Origin: Cenococcum geophilum
Lineage: Eukaryota
Direction: 5' to 3'
DNA: 64,000 nucleotides
Assembly: GCA_050273025.1 (NCBI GenBank)
Contig: CP158635.1
Coordinates: 1,922,001 to 1,986,000, forward strand
In this document: positions 12,700-26,984 of the stretch, in pieces
How positions within the stretch are numbered: position 1 is the first letter of the stretch
Layout of the letters: the number at the start of each line of letters is the position of its first letter
Notes under the pieces: generated by a model
Told to the model about the DNA's origin: nothing
Databases searched by the model: none
The model's input: only the letters and a program-made list of their open reading frames with translations
Made by a program: the position numbers and the translations under genes

Positions 12700-15185
12700 A
12701 TGCCCTTCCCATATAATAAGCCGAAGGAAAGCCTAAGGCATAAACTTAGGCGTAAGTATGGGCACAAACTTAGGCAGAAACCTAGATGGATACCTAAACG
12801 TCCGCCTATCCAACAACGCAAGCCACCAGCGCAGCTAAAATATTCGGCTGAGCATTACGAAAAACTCCGCGAAGAATTTAAGAAGATAGGTCTTATAAAG
12901 AAAAATTATTCACTAGTAATAAAGAATAATATAAACGAAATTTCAATACGATAGTTAAGGTAAGAGTGCTCTTATCTAAAATGCAATTCTATAGCTTATT
13001 ATTTAAGTTCTGCGAGAATATGAAAAAACACCCTACTTAACTTTTTAAGAATGCCTCAAACCATGACATTAAAATTTTTCTTTAGTGGATTGTAGATAAT
13101 TATCCATTACGGAAAAGGACTAGTATTTGTTAGAAATATAAACACTGGCGACAGCTCTATTAAAAATATACTAAGAAGGATTGGCCTAAAGACGTTAATA
13201 AAGAAATTAATAACGTATGGAAATCACTTCAAATATTTATAAAATCCCGCTAACCATTACAGTATATTAACGGACTATTAACCAAGAATAATGGGCTTAA
13301 CATATCCACCAAGGAGAAGCCAGTAATGAATGTTGACGATATTTTTTGGGTTTTACATTATTACTGGGCTCGTAATACCTCTACATTTCTAGACGGGCGA
13401 CAGAGTCTATAACTTGCATTTTTAATACTTATCTATATATATACAGCATCTTGGCCGGGCGCATTAGTCTATATAAAGAGAAATGCGAAAGTAGTAACCT
13501 AATGCGCTCTTAAGACCTACAATAAGGATAGGGGAGTAGGAGATGGCATAAATAATAACGAAATTAACGATAGAGATAGGGATAACGATAGTGAAGACGA
13601 AGATAATAGCGAAATAGATAACCAATATAACGGAATTAGCGAAGGATCTAAGAAAAAGGACGAACCTATTAACACTTTATATTATAAATATGTTACACTT
13701 ATCCTCATTTAAGAGCCGGGGGCTAAACGGGACCTTATTACCATAGAGATTAATTTACAATTTACTAAAGGGTATAGACGGAATTCTAAACGGTAAGGCA
13801 TATATAACAAGTTTCTCTTTAATAAATGCTAAATTGGATATAGCAAGATATTTTATCTTTACAAGGTTAACGACCTAATCTTCAATCCAATAATTTATAT
13901 AATTGTCCTAGGAATTCTCAACAATACCTTTAAACTTAAATTCCAGACTATTAAGTAGGTTTTTATAGTTCGAGTTAACCCATATTAAACGACCTCACGT
14001 TTAAGATAGAAGAAAAGCTAGGAAAATAAACCAATATTTTAGTAAGCAATTACAACAGTAGATAGGATTAGAACTTTAGACAAGCCTATACCCTACTATA
14101 CTTTCCTCTACTATATTTAGCGGCTAGGCTTTATAGCCGGAATAATACAAATCTTCAATCCCTATAATATTCGGCGAGGAATAGGTAAAGCGGTTGACGC
14201 TATAGCAACCTAAGCTTAATTATAACAGGTTATGGGTTATAAAGATGCTAGTGTCTATTAGGCTTATATAAATGAGCGGATTTTATATAACGTTTAGGCT
14301 GCTTTCCTTGGCCGCCCTTCTACTAACGCACTTATAAAGTCCCTAACGTATATTAGTCGGGACATCGACCCGCGGGCTCCTAAAGCAGTTACAGATATAA
14401 TAAATAATTCTCTTAAAACTTATCTACTTATTATAGAGCTCCGTCAGCAGCGCGATGCCTTATCTAAAAAAACTAAAGAACTATACGGTACTTTTAAAAA
14501 TGTATAGGCACTTAGGAGTAAAGAGTATAAATTATATACATAAGCTGCATTAGAATTAGAAAAACAAAAGAAGGCCTTAAAAAGGGGGAAACGGAAGGAA
14601 ACATGGCTTAAATTTTTTAACAAAATCGAGACCGAAGATTTAAGGCGACAGCTTACGCTATTAGCTATCGGTCTACGCGAGGAAAAGTAGAAACTAGAAC
14701 TAGTAGAGCATAGTCCCGAACAAAAACGCGTTATTCAGCTCTTATGTAAACGTCTAACTAATCTTACAACATAAGAAAATTTTTAATATCGAATTAACGC
14801 AATTAAAGCCTTGCTTAATCTATGCCGGGTACTAGAACCTACAGTTAAGCGTAAGGTCATCCGTGATCGTAATTAGGGTATCCTTCCTACTCTAAAGCCA
14901 AGTCTAGAGCTAACGGTTAAACCTAAACTAGGCCCTATAAAGATTATAAATCAATAGTATCTCTTCTGCGCCTATAAGCTGGGAGTATATACCCTTTTCT
15001 ATTACCTATATAAAGTAAGGGAACATATCGAGAGGTAATATCTTCGTTTTTTCAAACAGAATGAACCAATCCTATATTTAGACCTATATTGCCACTTATC
15101 GGGAATAATACTCTTTAGATATAAGCATTTCAAAAACCATGTATTTATAGAGTATGGCGCTTCTCTACTAACTTATACCCTATAG
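12700..15185 (+). pseudogene. DUF3435 tyrosine recombinase (Starship captain), RIP-pseudogenised, 3 introns
   Basis: Spliced translation (introns ~12960-13006, 13215-13262, ~13793-13842): KEKPVMNVDD..HYYWARNTSTFLDGRQSL*LAFLIL..YTASWPGALV, then FTKG, PYNIRRG (14160-), QVMGYKDASVY*AYINER..AAFLGRPS..RDIDPRAP, and a C-terminal Cys/His region ending HFKNHV. Catalytic R-K-(H/Y)xxR-H-Y layout is recognisable, with R>W at 13452-54 and H>Y at 14238-40. Confidence 0.92.
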
Positions 15186-18100
15186 TCCGTTACTCTTAGT
15201 TTTTTTCTTTTTCTTGTGGTATTATAGGAGGTCATATTCGTCCTATTTAGGAATTAGTAAAGTATATCCGGGATAGATACAGTTCGCCAATAGTTAGCGG
15301 TCGTTAGCTACAAATAACCCACTAAAGCACCTCTTTATAAGTAACTCTACTAGAGGAGGCGGGTTAAGCGGCCGTTCAACTAACTATATTATTAAAATAA
15401 AATACCTTGCACGAATTATTCAGGACTAGAATTTCTTTACAGCATAGTGTACTACCCCAAAATTTCTTTCAAAGTCAACCCATATAGCGCCAAGAATAGC
15501 TTCAACTATTAAAGCAAGTGCAGTTTTTAGCTCCTCGCCTTTTTGCAAGGGATTTTCCTTTAAATATATTCTTAGATTCCAATCCTTCGCTATTCTATAC
15601 AATTTTTCGTTTATACCAATGTCCCTTACTAGTTTATCTCCACTTTTTATATTTTGTTAGAAACACATTACCTATCTTATTATATCTATACCTATATCTG
15701 TTTTACTTAGGTACTATTTATTAAGTATATAAAGGCGTAGAACGGCATCACTAAGTAGTGCGAGACGTTTGTTTCCTTCCGTTAGCCCTTTAATATTAGA
15801 TCGTAATTTAAAAGCACCTGCTGTAAGAAAAACCTAGCCTAGCAAAGCCAAGTTTTTAAAGTAATAGTTAATTCTATCTTATAATAAGTCATAGTTCGAC
15901 ATTACTACTTTCTGCCAAAGGATATAGGGTAAGTAGGTTATAAAAATCCGCAACTTGCATATATATAACGGGAAACGTAACATGCTGTCAATCGGAAGAC
16001 TAAAAGATAAAAAAGAATAATAACTCTGCCTCATTGCAAGAGGCTCTAGAGCCTCACTATATACACTAAATAGGTGATAAAGACTAATATTAATACTGAC
16101 GTTGATTTGAAACTGTTACCTTATTGCTACTTAATCGACATTACTAATAGGTAATAAAAAGGTAATAGAAATAGTATAAAGTTATAAGGTAATAAGCAAC
16201 TAGAACAGGAATAGGATAATTATTAAAATCCGACTAAGTCCTAGCCACGTGTGGTAGATTTAGCTTAAGTACCCCATAATACCCCGCTTTAAAAGCGGAT
16301 TAACTCCCGGCTCTAAAGCTAAGAAACGGTGTTATATGCTAATGTTCTTTTAAAGGGGTTTGTGACATAGATATAGGGGTATGTCATGCCATAAGTTAGG
16401 CTGTATTGCGAAGTTCAATAGTCGTAAGAACTAGTTAGGGTTAGGGAATTTCGGTGCTCTTAAGTTAACTCAGTAACTCCGCCACACTAAACAACCTTTG
16501 CTTATTATTATAGCCGAGTTTAGCATACAAGACCAATGGAAGGGCCTGTGGTTAGTAATGTTAGTAAATACGGCGGTGCTTATTCGCCATAACGCTAAGC
16601 TTATTACCGTTATTAGTCCCAACGCTAACCACAGCCCACTTTCTCTACTTATACTTTCTCTATTTACTAACCTTAAAAAGTCGACCCCTACTTATTAAGA
16701 TGTGTCCGCTAAGGCGACCGCTAAGAGATCTGCTTATAGGTGGGGCAAAATCCCAGCCGTATAAGAACCCGACTTTACAACATACTATAAAAGGTTGAGA
16801 ATTAGCATTCCTTAACTACTAAAGATTAAAAAATATGTACTCTTATACTGTCTACCTGCCCCTTCTACCAAATAAGAGTTTAAAATCTTGATCGTCAAAT
16901 CGAGCCTACCCCGGCCTAGTGCCACTAAGCTTTATAGAGTCTACTATTAAGGTTCTAACTTCATAAATACCCATACGGATCCCTCGGTTATGGTTCGCTA
17001 TCCTTATCTTTATAGCAGCCGATAGTAAAGCCGGTAGTAGCCTTACACATAATTTTAGGATCGGTTTTCTATAGATATTCTATTAGGATGCTTAGTCTCC
17101 TACATAAAGCAACTTATAAATTTTAACAAAAGACAAAACCAGCCTAATAGAGTTCGGCTTTCATTTTCGCCTCTTTAATGCCTAGACAGAGCACTAAATG
17201 ACCAATGATAGCTTTTTTGATGCTCTTTAACTCGTTAGCTTTATACCACTTCTCGCATTAGTCCACTGCCTTATACCTTTCACTTAATGCACTGGAAATG
17301 GCTTTAAAAAGGAAACTTGGAAGAGAAGACAAACATATAACCCAAAAGTATTAACATTAGAAAGGACAGAAAGTAGAGGATTTTGTACGTCTTTAACTCG
17401 TTAGGCTTTTAAAGGCCTAGTTATACAACTATCTTGCTTTCTAAGGATTAAGTATTATAAATGGAAACACAACCTACAAGTAGCTAGGAGGAAAAAGGAT
17501 GTTTGGGATATAAAGAGATATCTTCTATACCAGTTCCACGCCTCGCCACACTATATAATGGAGCGCAGAATTTAGTTAGTGTGATATTCTGCTAGTTCGA
17601 ATCAAGTAAAGATAAGAGTGTTAGCGATATCAGGTGTCGGTAATAATAATAGCATAGGATTAAGTGGCCGAGTTATATACTAGCGCTATACAGTTATAGG
17701 AAATTGGAGTTGTCTATAGGCGCCAGCATATAAGGAGCCGTGCCTATTATTCCTGTAATAAATAATACACGCGTTTTATAATATCTCTTTATAATACCTT
17801 TATAATACGTAGAAGTCCATTCTCTTAAACCGTCTATTCGTGTCAAGTATAATATATAGCTGCTACATAAATATAACGAAGTGGTAATGTTAGCAGAATT
17901 TCATTACGAGGCTGATAAACGGAGCAGATCCTTTAAAGGTTGTTATATAGTAGAGAACGTAGGTATCTAAGCTGTTTGCGGGCGGTAGACTCTAGGGGGT
18001 AGGCGGAATAATTACTGGAGTAACATTCATTCCCAGCGTTAGTGATTTTGTAGTTTGTAAGACTGTAATAAAACACAGTATATATAATGCAATTAGCAAG

Positions 18101-18622
18101 CATAAGCGCGGACGGTACTCTTCTGTCTAATGTTATTAGGGTTTTAAGTTAGGCGGAATTACAGACACTATCGCCCCGCTATATAGTAAGCACGTAACCC
18201 CATTATTTAATTCCTAACGCCGGTAAGAGAGGAATAAGATTATAATCTAGGAGCGGAGCGAATTATGTTATGCTGCGAGGTAGCAAGGTTTAGCTATATA
18301 TAGCTAAAGACGAAAAGTTACGAGTTTAATCCTATTCTTAGACGTATTTAAAGCTTTTAAAAAGGACACGTTGCCAATAGTAAGGCCGGTTCGGGCGCCT
18401 ATAGCTAGGTATACAACACTTAACCAAATTTAGTTTAGCGGACCTTAGTTAAGAGCGAAGGAAAACTTCTAACAGCGCCCTAAGGCAGAGGCCGGTTTCG
18501 CTAACAACTATAGCTGTCCCTAAAAAGTATTTAATAAAATAGAAAACTTTACCCAAATCTCAAAATTTCTAGGATTATGTTGCCTGAGAAATTTGAGGGA
18601 CATTAAAATAAGGTATAGTGGT

Positions 18623-19124
18623 GATATTGTGGTTTTCTTATCTACTGCAACTCGCTTCCATATAAGAGCCTCCCACATTAAAATATCGTCTTTGTATATA
18701 AATTCGAATATAAATCAAATATAATCGTATGCGCATACTTTATTAACTCTATTTCTTTACTATAAGCCTAAGGCTTCCTCCTACTATATTCGGCAGATCT
18801 GCGTCGCCTTATACTATAGCTAGGCAGGGTGTAGCTAGTAAGGGGGGAGGCTCGTCGGATAATTAAGTACGGCATTCGCCTATCGCGCCCTTATTACACC
18901 GTCCTTTTAGCTCAATAGGATCGCAATTTAAGTAGGCGATACCTGTTAAGACTTAGTAATAAAGAGGCTAGTAAGAAATAGAGTTTTATATATTTTAAGT
19001 AAAAAAAGTACTGCGCATACAATTATATACGATTTATATTCGAATTTGTATACAAAGACGACATTTTAATATAGGAGGCTCTTATCCGGAAGCAAGTTGC
19101 GGTAGATAAGAAAACTACAATATC
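18623..19124. mobile_element. Non-autonomous MITE/foldback element with ~118-bp terminal inverted repeats
   Basis: 18623-18740 (GATATTGTGGTTTTCTTATCTAC..GTATGCGCA) is the imperfect reverse complement of ~19006-19124 (TGCGCATAC..GTAGATAAGAAAACTACAATATC). Mismatches are mostly transitions. No clear TSD. Confidence 0.8.
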
Positions 19125-19149
19125 CAATGGGGCACCCAAAACTGTAGCG

Positions 19150-19900
19150 ACCCTATACTGCTAACTTTTTCTCCTTGACCAGCTCCTTTGTGTAGATAGG
19201 TTCTTTCTTATAGGCCTATTTTTTCTAAAGGCGGACCTTTTTATCCCTAAAAGTTATCTGTTTGTTCCCCCCTAATTATTAAGAGGTTAAGTTTAAAGTT
19301 AATAAGCTCCCGTGCTCTTAGTAAATATATTCTTCTAGTAATCTATTTAGACTGGCGTTAAATTCACTCTAATCCTCTAGTCTAAATATAAGTTACCTAT
19401 ATAGGCTAATCCGCCATTTTATATCTAATTGGCGCGAGTGTAAATCGCTCTGTTCTTTTATACTATTAACCCTAAATATTTTATCAGCCCTCTATACCTA
19501 TCTAGTAAGCTCCTTAAGGTAGATAAAAGTAATTTCTATTATTTTACCTTCGCATTTATCCCGGTCCCCATCGCGCATAGGGATCCCTTAGTTACTAGAT
19601 CGCCTTCTAAACTCAAATCTATAAGATTTAGTTTAGTTATTGCTCTAAAATTTACACTAAGCTAAATTTTAGTATCTTTAATGGTTAAAATAAGTTTTAG
19701 CCTTTTTAATCTTGCGAATAAAGTTTCTAAATATATTAAGGCCGTGGAGGTAATAGAGGAATTGCCTAGGTGGAACCTCCGGGTGATTTACTATAGTTTA
19801 AATAGAAAAGTCATTAAAAAGTTTATAATAATCGGCGAGGATAATTTAATTATAAATATCTTTAAGAATATTAATACTTAAGATACGGTAGATTGTATTA
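19150..19900 (-). pseudogene. Hypothetical protein relic
   Basis: Minus-strand frame with protein-like composition (VNHPEVPPRQFLYYLHGL; GIPMRDGDRDKCEGK) broken by RIP-type stops. Family not recognised. Confidence 0.3.
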
Positions 19901-20581
19901 TAGGAATAGAGCGGCAAAGAGCAGGATATATAATAATATTAATTAGAGAAAGAGTACGAAAGTAGGTACTAAAGCGTTTAGCACTAAAGGAAAAGGTAGA
20001 GATACTAAGAAGGATTAAAGACTATTAGGAAGAGTTAGAATGTTAATAGCTAGATAGGATTTTTAAGGAATATGTTAAGGTCAAGAGATTTCCAGAGCAT
20101 TACCTAAAAATAATAAAGAAATGCGTAGTGTATAAGGAAGGGTATTCATTAGGGGAGTTAGTACTAACAGCAGACTACTAAAAGCATAGCTTTTATAACA
20201 GATGCCGTTAGAAGGATAGAGTATACCTAAAGTATAAGGAGGAGGAAAGCAACCGTGGCTTAGAACAGTAGCTTTTATCCGCTAATACCTTAGCCCTCTA
20301 TCTTCTGCTAGGTGCTAGTTTTAATCTTTATCTCTTATATATATAAGAGAGTATATTATATAAATAAATAGTATTATTAAAGTAAGCGTATATATAATTA
20401 TCACTTAAAGGGAAATTATCCATAAACCATTACAAGCGTTCGGATATTGTTGGCTAAAACAGTATATAACGCCGCTAATAACTAAATGTTCCGACTTTAG
20501 CTTAACACTCTAAGGACTTAAAAGGAGGGGAAAACTAGCCCACTCCTGCCATTCCTTAAAAAGCACTCTTAACCATTAAAA

Positions 20582-21478
20582 ATGTCTATACTTTATCTAA
20601 CCATCGAATTAATTCTCATAATAGCGGAGTATCTTAAACGCGTATGCGACGTCAATGCTCTCGTCATTACAGGTCGTCACTTCTACTATATATTAAATAA
20701 TGAGCTTTACAAACGCGACAGCAGCTCCGCAATGTACTAGGCAGCAAAGTTCGGGCAGGCTAGCACCGCTTAGAAGGCTGTTTTATTTATTAACGTTAAC
20801 GACCTTATTAAGCCCTTACTGTTGGCCGCGGAGGAAGGCTATATAGATGTAGTTCGCCTGCTACTGGAACGGGGCGCGCCTATTAACACGCTAAGAGAAG
20901 GCAAAAGCGTGCTCTTAGAACTTTCGTGGAGAAGTAACGCAGAAATCGTTAAACTATTGCTTAAGTATAGGGCCGAAGTCAAGCCTGCCAATAGACGCAT
21001 CCCACTAAACGCAGCCATTTCCTATGGCTAAAAAGAGATTATATATATACTATGGGATGCTAGAGCACGACCAGACCCCTTTATACAAGAGGCAGCTATA
21101 TATAACCCGGTTAAGATTACTTTTATTTAACTATTACTTAAAAAAGGCGTCATTCTTCGCAAAGAGGACTTTAAGCCACTTCATTTCGGCTCGCGACTTC
21201 GCCCAAAATAGAAAAAGGCTATTATAAACCTACTACGCCGCGAACAAATAAAAAGAGTTAGTAAGTGCTAGGTCGAGCTAGATTCCCGGGCTTTACTTAT
21301 AGCATATACGTAGTTTCGAGATTCGTATTACTAGTATTCTAAAAATCACAACTATAAAGCTAGCAAGAAGTTAAGGATAGAAGTATAGCTATATTGCCAC
21401 AGCCTCTTTACTAAAGAGCGAGACAAGGGTACCTGCGATTTATTAGGAAGGACTAATATAACTCCTAAAGTTCAATAG
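20582..21478 (+). pseudogene. F-box-like N-terminus plus ankyrin-repeat protein
   Basis: MSILYLTIELILIIAEYL..DVNALV..FYYILNNELY followed by ankyrin repeats PLLLAAEEGYIDVVRLLLERGAPIN, AEIVKLLLKYRAEV and IPLNAAISYG. Several TAG/TAA stops. Confidence 0.85.
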
Positions 21479-21799
21479 ATCGACTCTCGGCCAATAATAT
21501 TAACTTAAATTAGCTTGCTATTAACAAAGACTGCTTATACCATATATATATTATTATATAACCGGTGAATTTAGTTTAGTAGTTGTTTAGGTGGATATAA
21601 AAAACCTAAAAGCTACCTAAATGCTACATTATAATAGCTATTGCTACCTTTTCGGCGAGGATATAGGGATAGGGTATAAACTTCGATCTATTTTACATCT
21701 CTCTTAAATAAAGTACACTTTTATACTTAGCTAGGCGATATAACAGCTCCCTATACTTACAAGCGGGCCTCCTAATTATTTTGTTACTCTTAGTTAACC

Positions 21800-22961
21800 T
21801 TTGTAGTACACCCTTCCAAAGCTCCGCAAGTTAATATCTATAAAGCCTAAAATCCCCAAAAGAGTATGTAGTTTTTAATCCTTCTCTTAAAGTCTTCTTA
21901 AACTTTTATAAGCTTCTTAATAAAGCTTAGTATCCTTATTTATAGAAAATTTCTTCCATCTAAATCTAGCCCTCCTATACTTTCTCCCATTCTAACTATA
22001 TCTTAGGTCTTAAAGCTTCTAGGTCAAGCTGATTACTATATCGCAACCGCCCAGCTCTGTCTAGAGTAGTAGTTTTCTTTACCTCCCTAGGAGACTTCTG
22101 GTGTGTAGGAGACTTCTAGCGTATAGAAGATTCCGTAAAAGGGATAGGAGCGTCAAAGTCCTCTTTAATAAGGATTAGATGATCTACGTAATTATCAGCA
22201 TATATACGGTATTCTCTTTTCACCTCTTCTTATATTTTAGTATACCTTTAGAAGATCTAAATAAACCTTAATAGTCGTTCCTAAGGTTTTGCTCTAAATT
22301 TAGGTATTACTGCTAGACAAGTTTACCTAGCTGCTTATAATCTTCTATATCTATTTACTCCTCTTTTATAGACTTTAGTTAGTATTTATTAGGGCTAACG
22401 TAGAAGAGCGTGCGTTATATTACCTTCGTTAGAGTAAACTTCCATAGTATTAGTGCAAGTATATAGCTCAGTCGTGTTTTCAGAGCCAAAACCTTCTGCA
22501 GGCACGTGCCATCTAAACTCCTTTATTATTTGGCCAGCCATTATTATAGAAGTATTTGCCGTTTTAGAGAAGTAGCTAGAGTAGTAGAAGATCTGTTCAA
22601 ATTGGGTATTATATACTTAAACGTCCTCTGGCATGATTTCGTCAATAAAAGGTTTAGGGTTAAGAGAATCGGTTATAGCCAAGCCTTGCCCGCCACTAAT
22701 TAAGAAATGCTTTAGGTGGGATATAGGGGACTTACTTACAAGCTCCGTAGCCGCTGGGCCATTAGTAGTAAATATTACAGAAATTACGTAAGTCTCTCTA
22801 CTTAGAGTTTCGTCGGCTTTAGATCCTATAAAGGTATCTTTAAACGCAAAAGGAACAGGACTAGCAGAATTAAGTACGGAATCTGCCTATGCTAACTTTA
22901 AACGAGTGGCTTCGGAGATGGAGAAATGCTTAGGAGGATATTCGAAGTTGGAATAATCCAT
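21800..22961 (-). pseudogene. Hypothetical protein relic with intron
   Basis: ATG at 22961 (MDYSNFEYPPKHF..GPAATEL), a GTAAGT donor at ~22739, then a continuing frame (KPFIDEIMPEDV..EFRWHVPAEGFG). Family not recognised. Confidence 0.4.
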
Positions 22962-24299
22962 TGCTAATATATACGGTAGGTTTATTTAAAAGGAGGTAGG
23001 GTTGTCTAAGAAGGGAGATAGGTTTATCTAAGAAGTGTAAACGCCAGGGTTTAAATACCACTCCTCACTATCCTATATAACGTGGGTTTCCGCTTAAAAA
23101 CGGGGCAGTATTAGGGGACGTTCTTAACTAAGGATTTCTACTCCGTGTTGCTAAGCCCCTAATCTAACTATATAAGATAAACTTAGCCCGGGTAGTTCCT
23201 AAGCCCAGATAAAACACTCCGTGCTATCTACCTATACAGTAAAGCCTTTAGAGCCCTTAGTATAAGCCAATTAACTACTCCCACTGCTGTCCATTATACT
23301 GTATAAGGTATATCCCAAATCGCTAAGGCTTTAAGGCCTCGCGCTAGCTTTCGTTCCCCCTATAATAGTAGCACCTTTATATATAGTTCCGCTTAGCTAA
23401 TTTATAAGCCTTAGCTGTAGAAGTTACTTTAGGTCATTTAAACTAAAGGCCGTATAACCTTTTCCCTCAAGGTAGTAAACATTCTAGGTTAAGGGATGCA
23501 GATATACACCGCCCAATATAACACTCACACGCAACGGTCTATCTTAGGTACTGCGCCTCTAGGGTATAGCAAGGGCACGCATTATATAAACCCTTCTCCG
23601 GTTCGGTAGGGTAGGGGCTACTATAACGTAGCTACGAGGCGTATTGTTAATGCGGCGATGTCGGGGCCTTAAAGATGGGATTATATATAAAGGTATAGTC
23701 TGCCTATATGCTGTAAGTAATAGAAGGTAGTAAAAAGGTTTTATAACTTGACCTAACTTATATATTATTTCTTAGGTAAACTCTATCCTTTACTTAGTTA
23801 TTAGAGTTTGGGTATTAACCGTATGCTTATAGCTACGCTAAACAACTAAGGACATAGGCGTGGAGTAAATTTTAGTATTAAAATAGGCTAAAATAGGGGC
23901 GCGGAGATATCGGCGCAAGGGAAGTACCAGCGTAATTACAGTGCTAGTAATAGTAAGGGGTCTCCTTTGCTCTTTTTAGTTAAGCGATCCTAAGAAGTCT
24001 CTTACCCATAGCTTCTACCATTAGATTTTAAAATAATCACACCGCGATTATAAAAGCAATGTTATCGCAGCCTTCACAACCATACAAACTAAAAGAGGCT
24101 TAAACTATTACCGCAATGATGTTTTTTCTAGTATGCGTTAGATACTAGCAAAACTACTTCCTTACAAAACCTTTAGTAAAGTGTAGGTTTACGCGCCGCG
24201 CTAGGTTATAAAAGAAGTCCTAGGAATAGAGGCCAGTTAAAAAGGGGATTAATATAGGAGACGCTTATATTTATATTATAGGCTATATTAACTGCGGTT

Positions 24300-25600
24300 A
24301 TAATAGAGGAAGACTTATACGCAAGGGAGGCTTGGTGGAGCGTTAATTACCCTTTCTATACTTTAGGGGTCCGTAGCGTACTATACCTTCTCACCGGGAA
24401 TTGCGCCGGAGAACTAGATATATATATTTAAATAAAGCGGTCCTGGTTACATAAGTAGCTAGTCTAGCATAAGGATATTCTATCGTGGCTCAGCTAGCAG
24501 CGCTAGCATTATAAGTTTAGAAGTTACCACCAGTACCTATAAGAGGGTCAGGATATATAAGCTAGTGGATAAACAATATAGTAACCGCTGGTAGGGGGTG
24601 GTTTCTACAAGAGGATGAGCCCTTAAGATATTATTATACTTATTAGGCCTATACGCAACAAGAAAGTATATATAATTAAAATCCACGGTTTAATTTAGGG
24701 CTCCACATACGCTATATCCTAATTACGGATTATATCGGTTCTTGTTCGCTAGACAGCTAAATTTAAAGCCTAAACTAGGTAATATCGGCCCTAAGCTAGA
24801 TTTTTTAGCTATTGATTTATTAAGGGGGGTAGAGGCTGCAAATAACCGCCTTACTAGCCGCACCTATATTACCGTATTGGAATACTCAAAAGACATAGGG
24901 TAATATAAACCATTATCTTCAATGTAACCATTATATGGAGGCATAGCAAGGTTAAATATGGATAGAGAGGGGATTAAGCCCCATCTATAGTCGCATCTTA
25001 ACGCATTTATAATACAACAGTTATATTATTAAGTTAGTGTATTGGCTCAGCCTTCAAGCCTCAGCTTTCTAGGCGGAGCTAAGTAAAGCCCATATTTAGC
25101 TCTTCTACAAGTTATATAAGAAGAGCAGGACATATAATTAACGGTAAGTAATTTAAAGGTAAAGGTAGGGGATAGTACGTTATATTTAACCGAGGTATAC
25201 CTTATTTCCAACTCTTTAATAGGGTACTACTAACATTGCTAGGCTATACCGTTTATCCTAAAGCCTAAAGGCTTAGATAATGCCTTTAACGCAGCAAAGT
25301 AGGTACGTCAATAGTGGTTTCTAAGTGGCTTTATTATTCGCTGGCCTACTAATATAAATAGAGTATCTTATTAGCCACAGAATGCAAAAATAATTTAGGG
25401 TGTAATAGTCCTAGTACGGAAGAAAATAATAGCGTAGTAAAGCCGCCTAAACGTACTTTATCTTAACACTACTATTTATTAGAGTCCTTAGACTCTGGCT
25501 AGGGTATAAACTATACCTAAACAAAAAATCGAGAGCCTTAAAAGAAGCCGGAATGAGACTTTAGAGTACATAGGTAAACGATATTAGAGAGGCTGAAAAT
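24300..25600 (+). pseudogene. Hypothetical protein relic
   Basis: Long plus-strand frames broken by RIP-type stops (EAWWSVNYPFYTLG; LYPNYGLYRFLFARQL; WFLSGFIIRWP). Family and boundaries uncertain. Confidence 0.3.
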
Positions 25601-26984
25601 GAAATCACGGAATATAAGCGGAAAAGGATGCAGACGAGCTGCCTTTTAGTATTTAGCCTTAGAGTTATTATAATATATTATTTATTTGTAGAAGACGCTT
25701 TATATATAGAATTAGAGTTAAACAGTTTGCACCTTTATAGTATTTATATCCCTACCGATAATTTAGTCAGTAGGTGCTTTAATCTCCACAGCAAACCAAA
25801 ATTATATTACTAAGTTCGGACCACCTCTCGCATATTACTACCTCTCGCACACTTTTTCTTACCAAAAAATACTAAAATAAAGGTGCGCTAAGCCGCTCCC
25901 TACCTGCAACACCCTAAACATATAGTCAGTGCTTCTCACACACCCTAAGACCTAGCATAGGAAGTAGGTATGCTATATATTAGGATACTTACAATGCTTT
26001 ACGTTTAATAAGCCAATTAGCGGATTTTAAGCTCCCTTATTGTTAAGTAGTGTAAAATAGACGTCGACCCCTTATGGCTGTATTTCTTACTAAGCTATAA
26101 TAGATATATAGGGACGTCTTATGTTACAGAGCTTATTTCAGCGTTTTATATTTTCTAAGTGTAATACTTTTGTTTATAGACACGCACAAGCAAAGCCATA
26201 GATATGCTTTAGATTTTAGGCAGAAATAGCCTATCTAGCAAGCAACTAGTATAGCTATACCGCAATACCAGTAACCCAGAAGCCAACAGCGCCCGCCATC
26301 CAAATTTATATTTACAGTGTAGCTATTTTCCTTAGGCGTACTTATAACATTAACTTAAACGTTAGCTTTCTGTAATTATTCACTATAAGCCCACAATTTC
26401 GCATTTATGCGTCTTAAAGCTCAGGTAGGCGCAGCAACCAATAATAAGCCAGAACATTACTTTAGTCCTTAGAGCCACCTTCGTCCCTATAGGTATAAGG
26501 TCCAAGATATAATGCGCTCGAAAACGACTAGCCTTGCTATACCGTCCTTCTAATAAAAGGTTAGGCCTAGTGTAATCGTCATTTTAAGGAAATAAAGTCT
26601 TTAAATGCAAACTAAAAGCAAGCTTAGTAGGAAGCCGATAATATCAAAGGGCCCCTTAATTTTGACTCCGCTAACCAGAAAGTAGATAAGTTGCGTTTAG
26701 TTATTAATCTAAAAAGGCAGATTAGTGTACGCTTCTATAAAACTAGTAGTAATACCACTAACTGTATTTAGTAGATTATAAAACTAGAATAAGATATACG
26801 GGCCTTTACTAACCAGAGTTTGGGTAGGTTTTATACTATAAGCATAGCAAAGCCTAATTAGGTACTTCCTTTCTAATATTATACCTAGGGCCGAGCCTTA
26901 CCAAAACCAACCTTCTAAAGACAAAGATAGTAACGCTAACTACTCTCTAAAGCATCCCCAATAATAGCACTGTTATAGTTTTAA

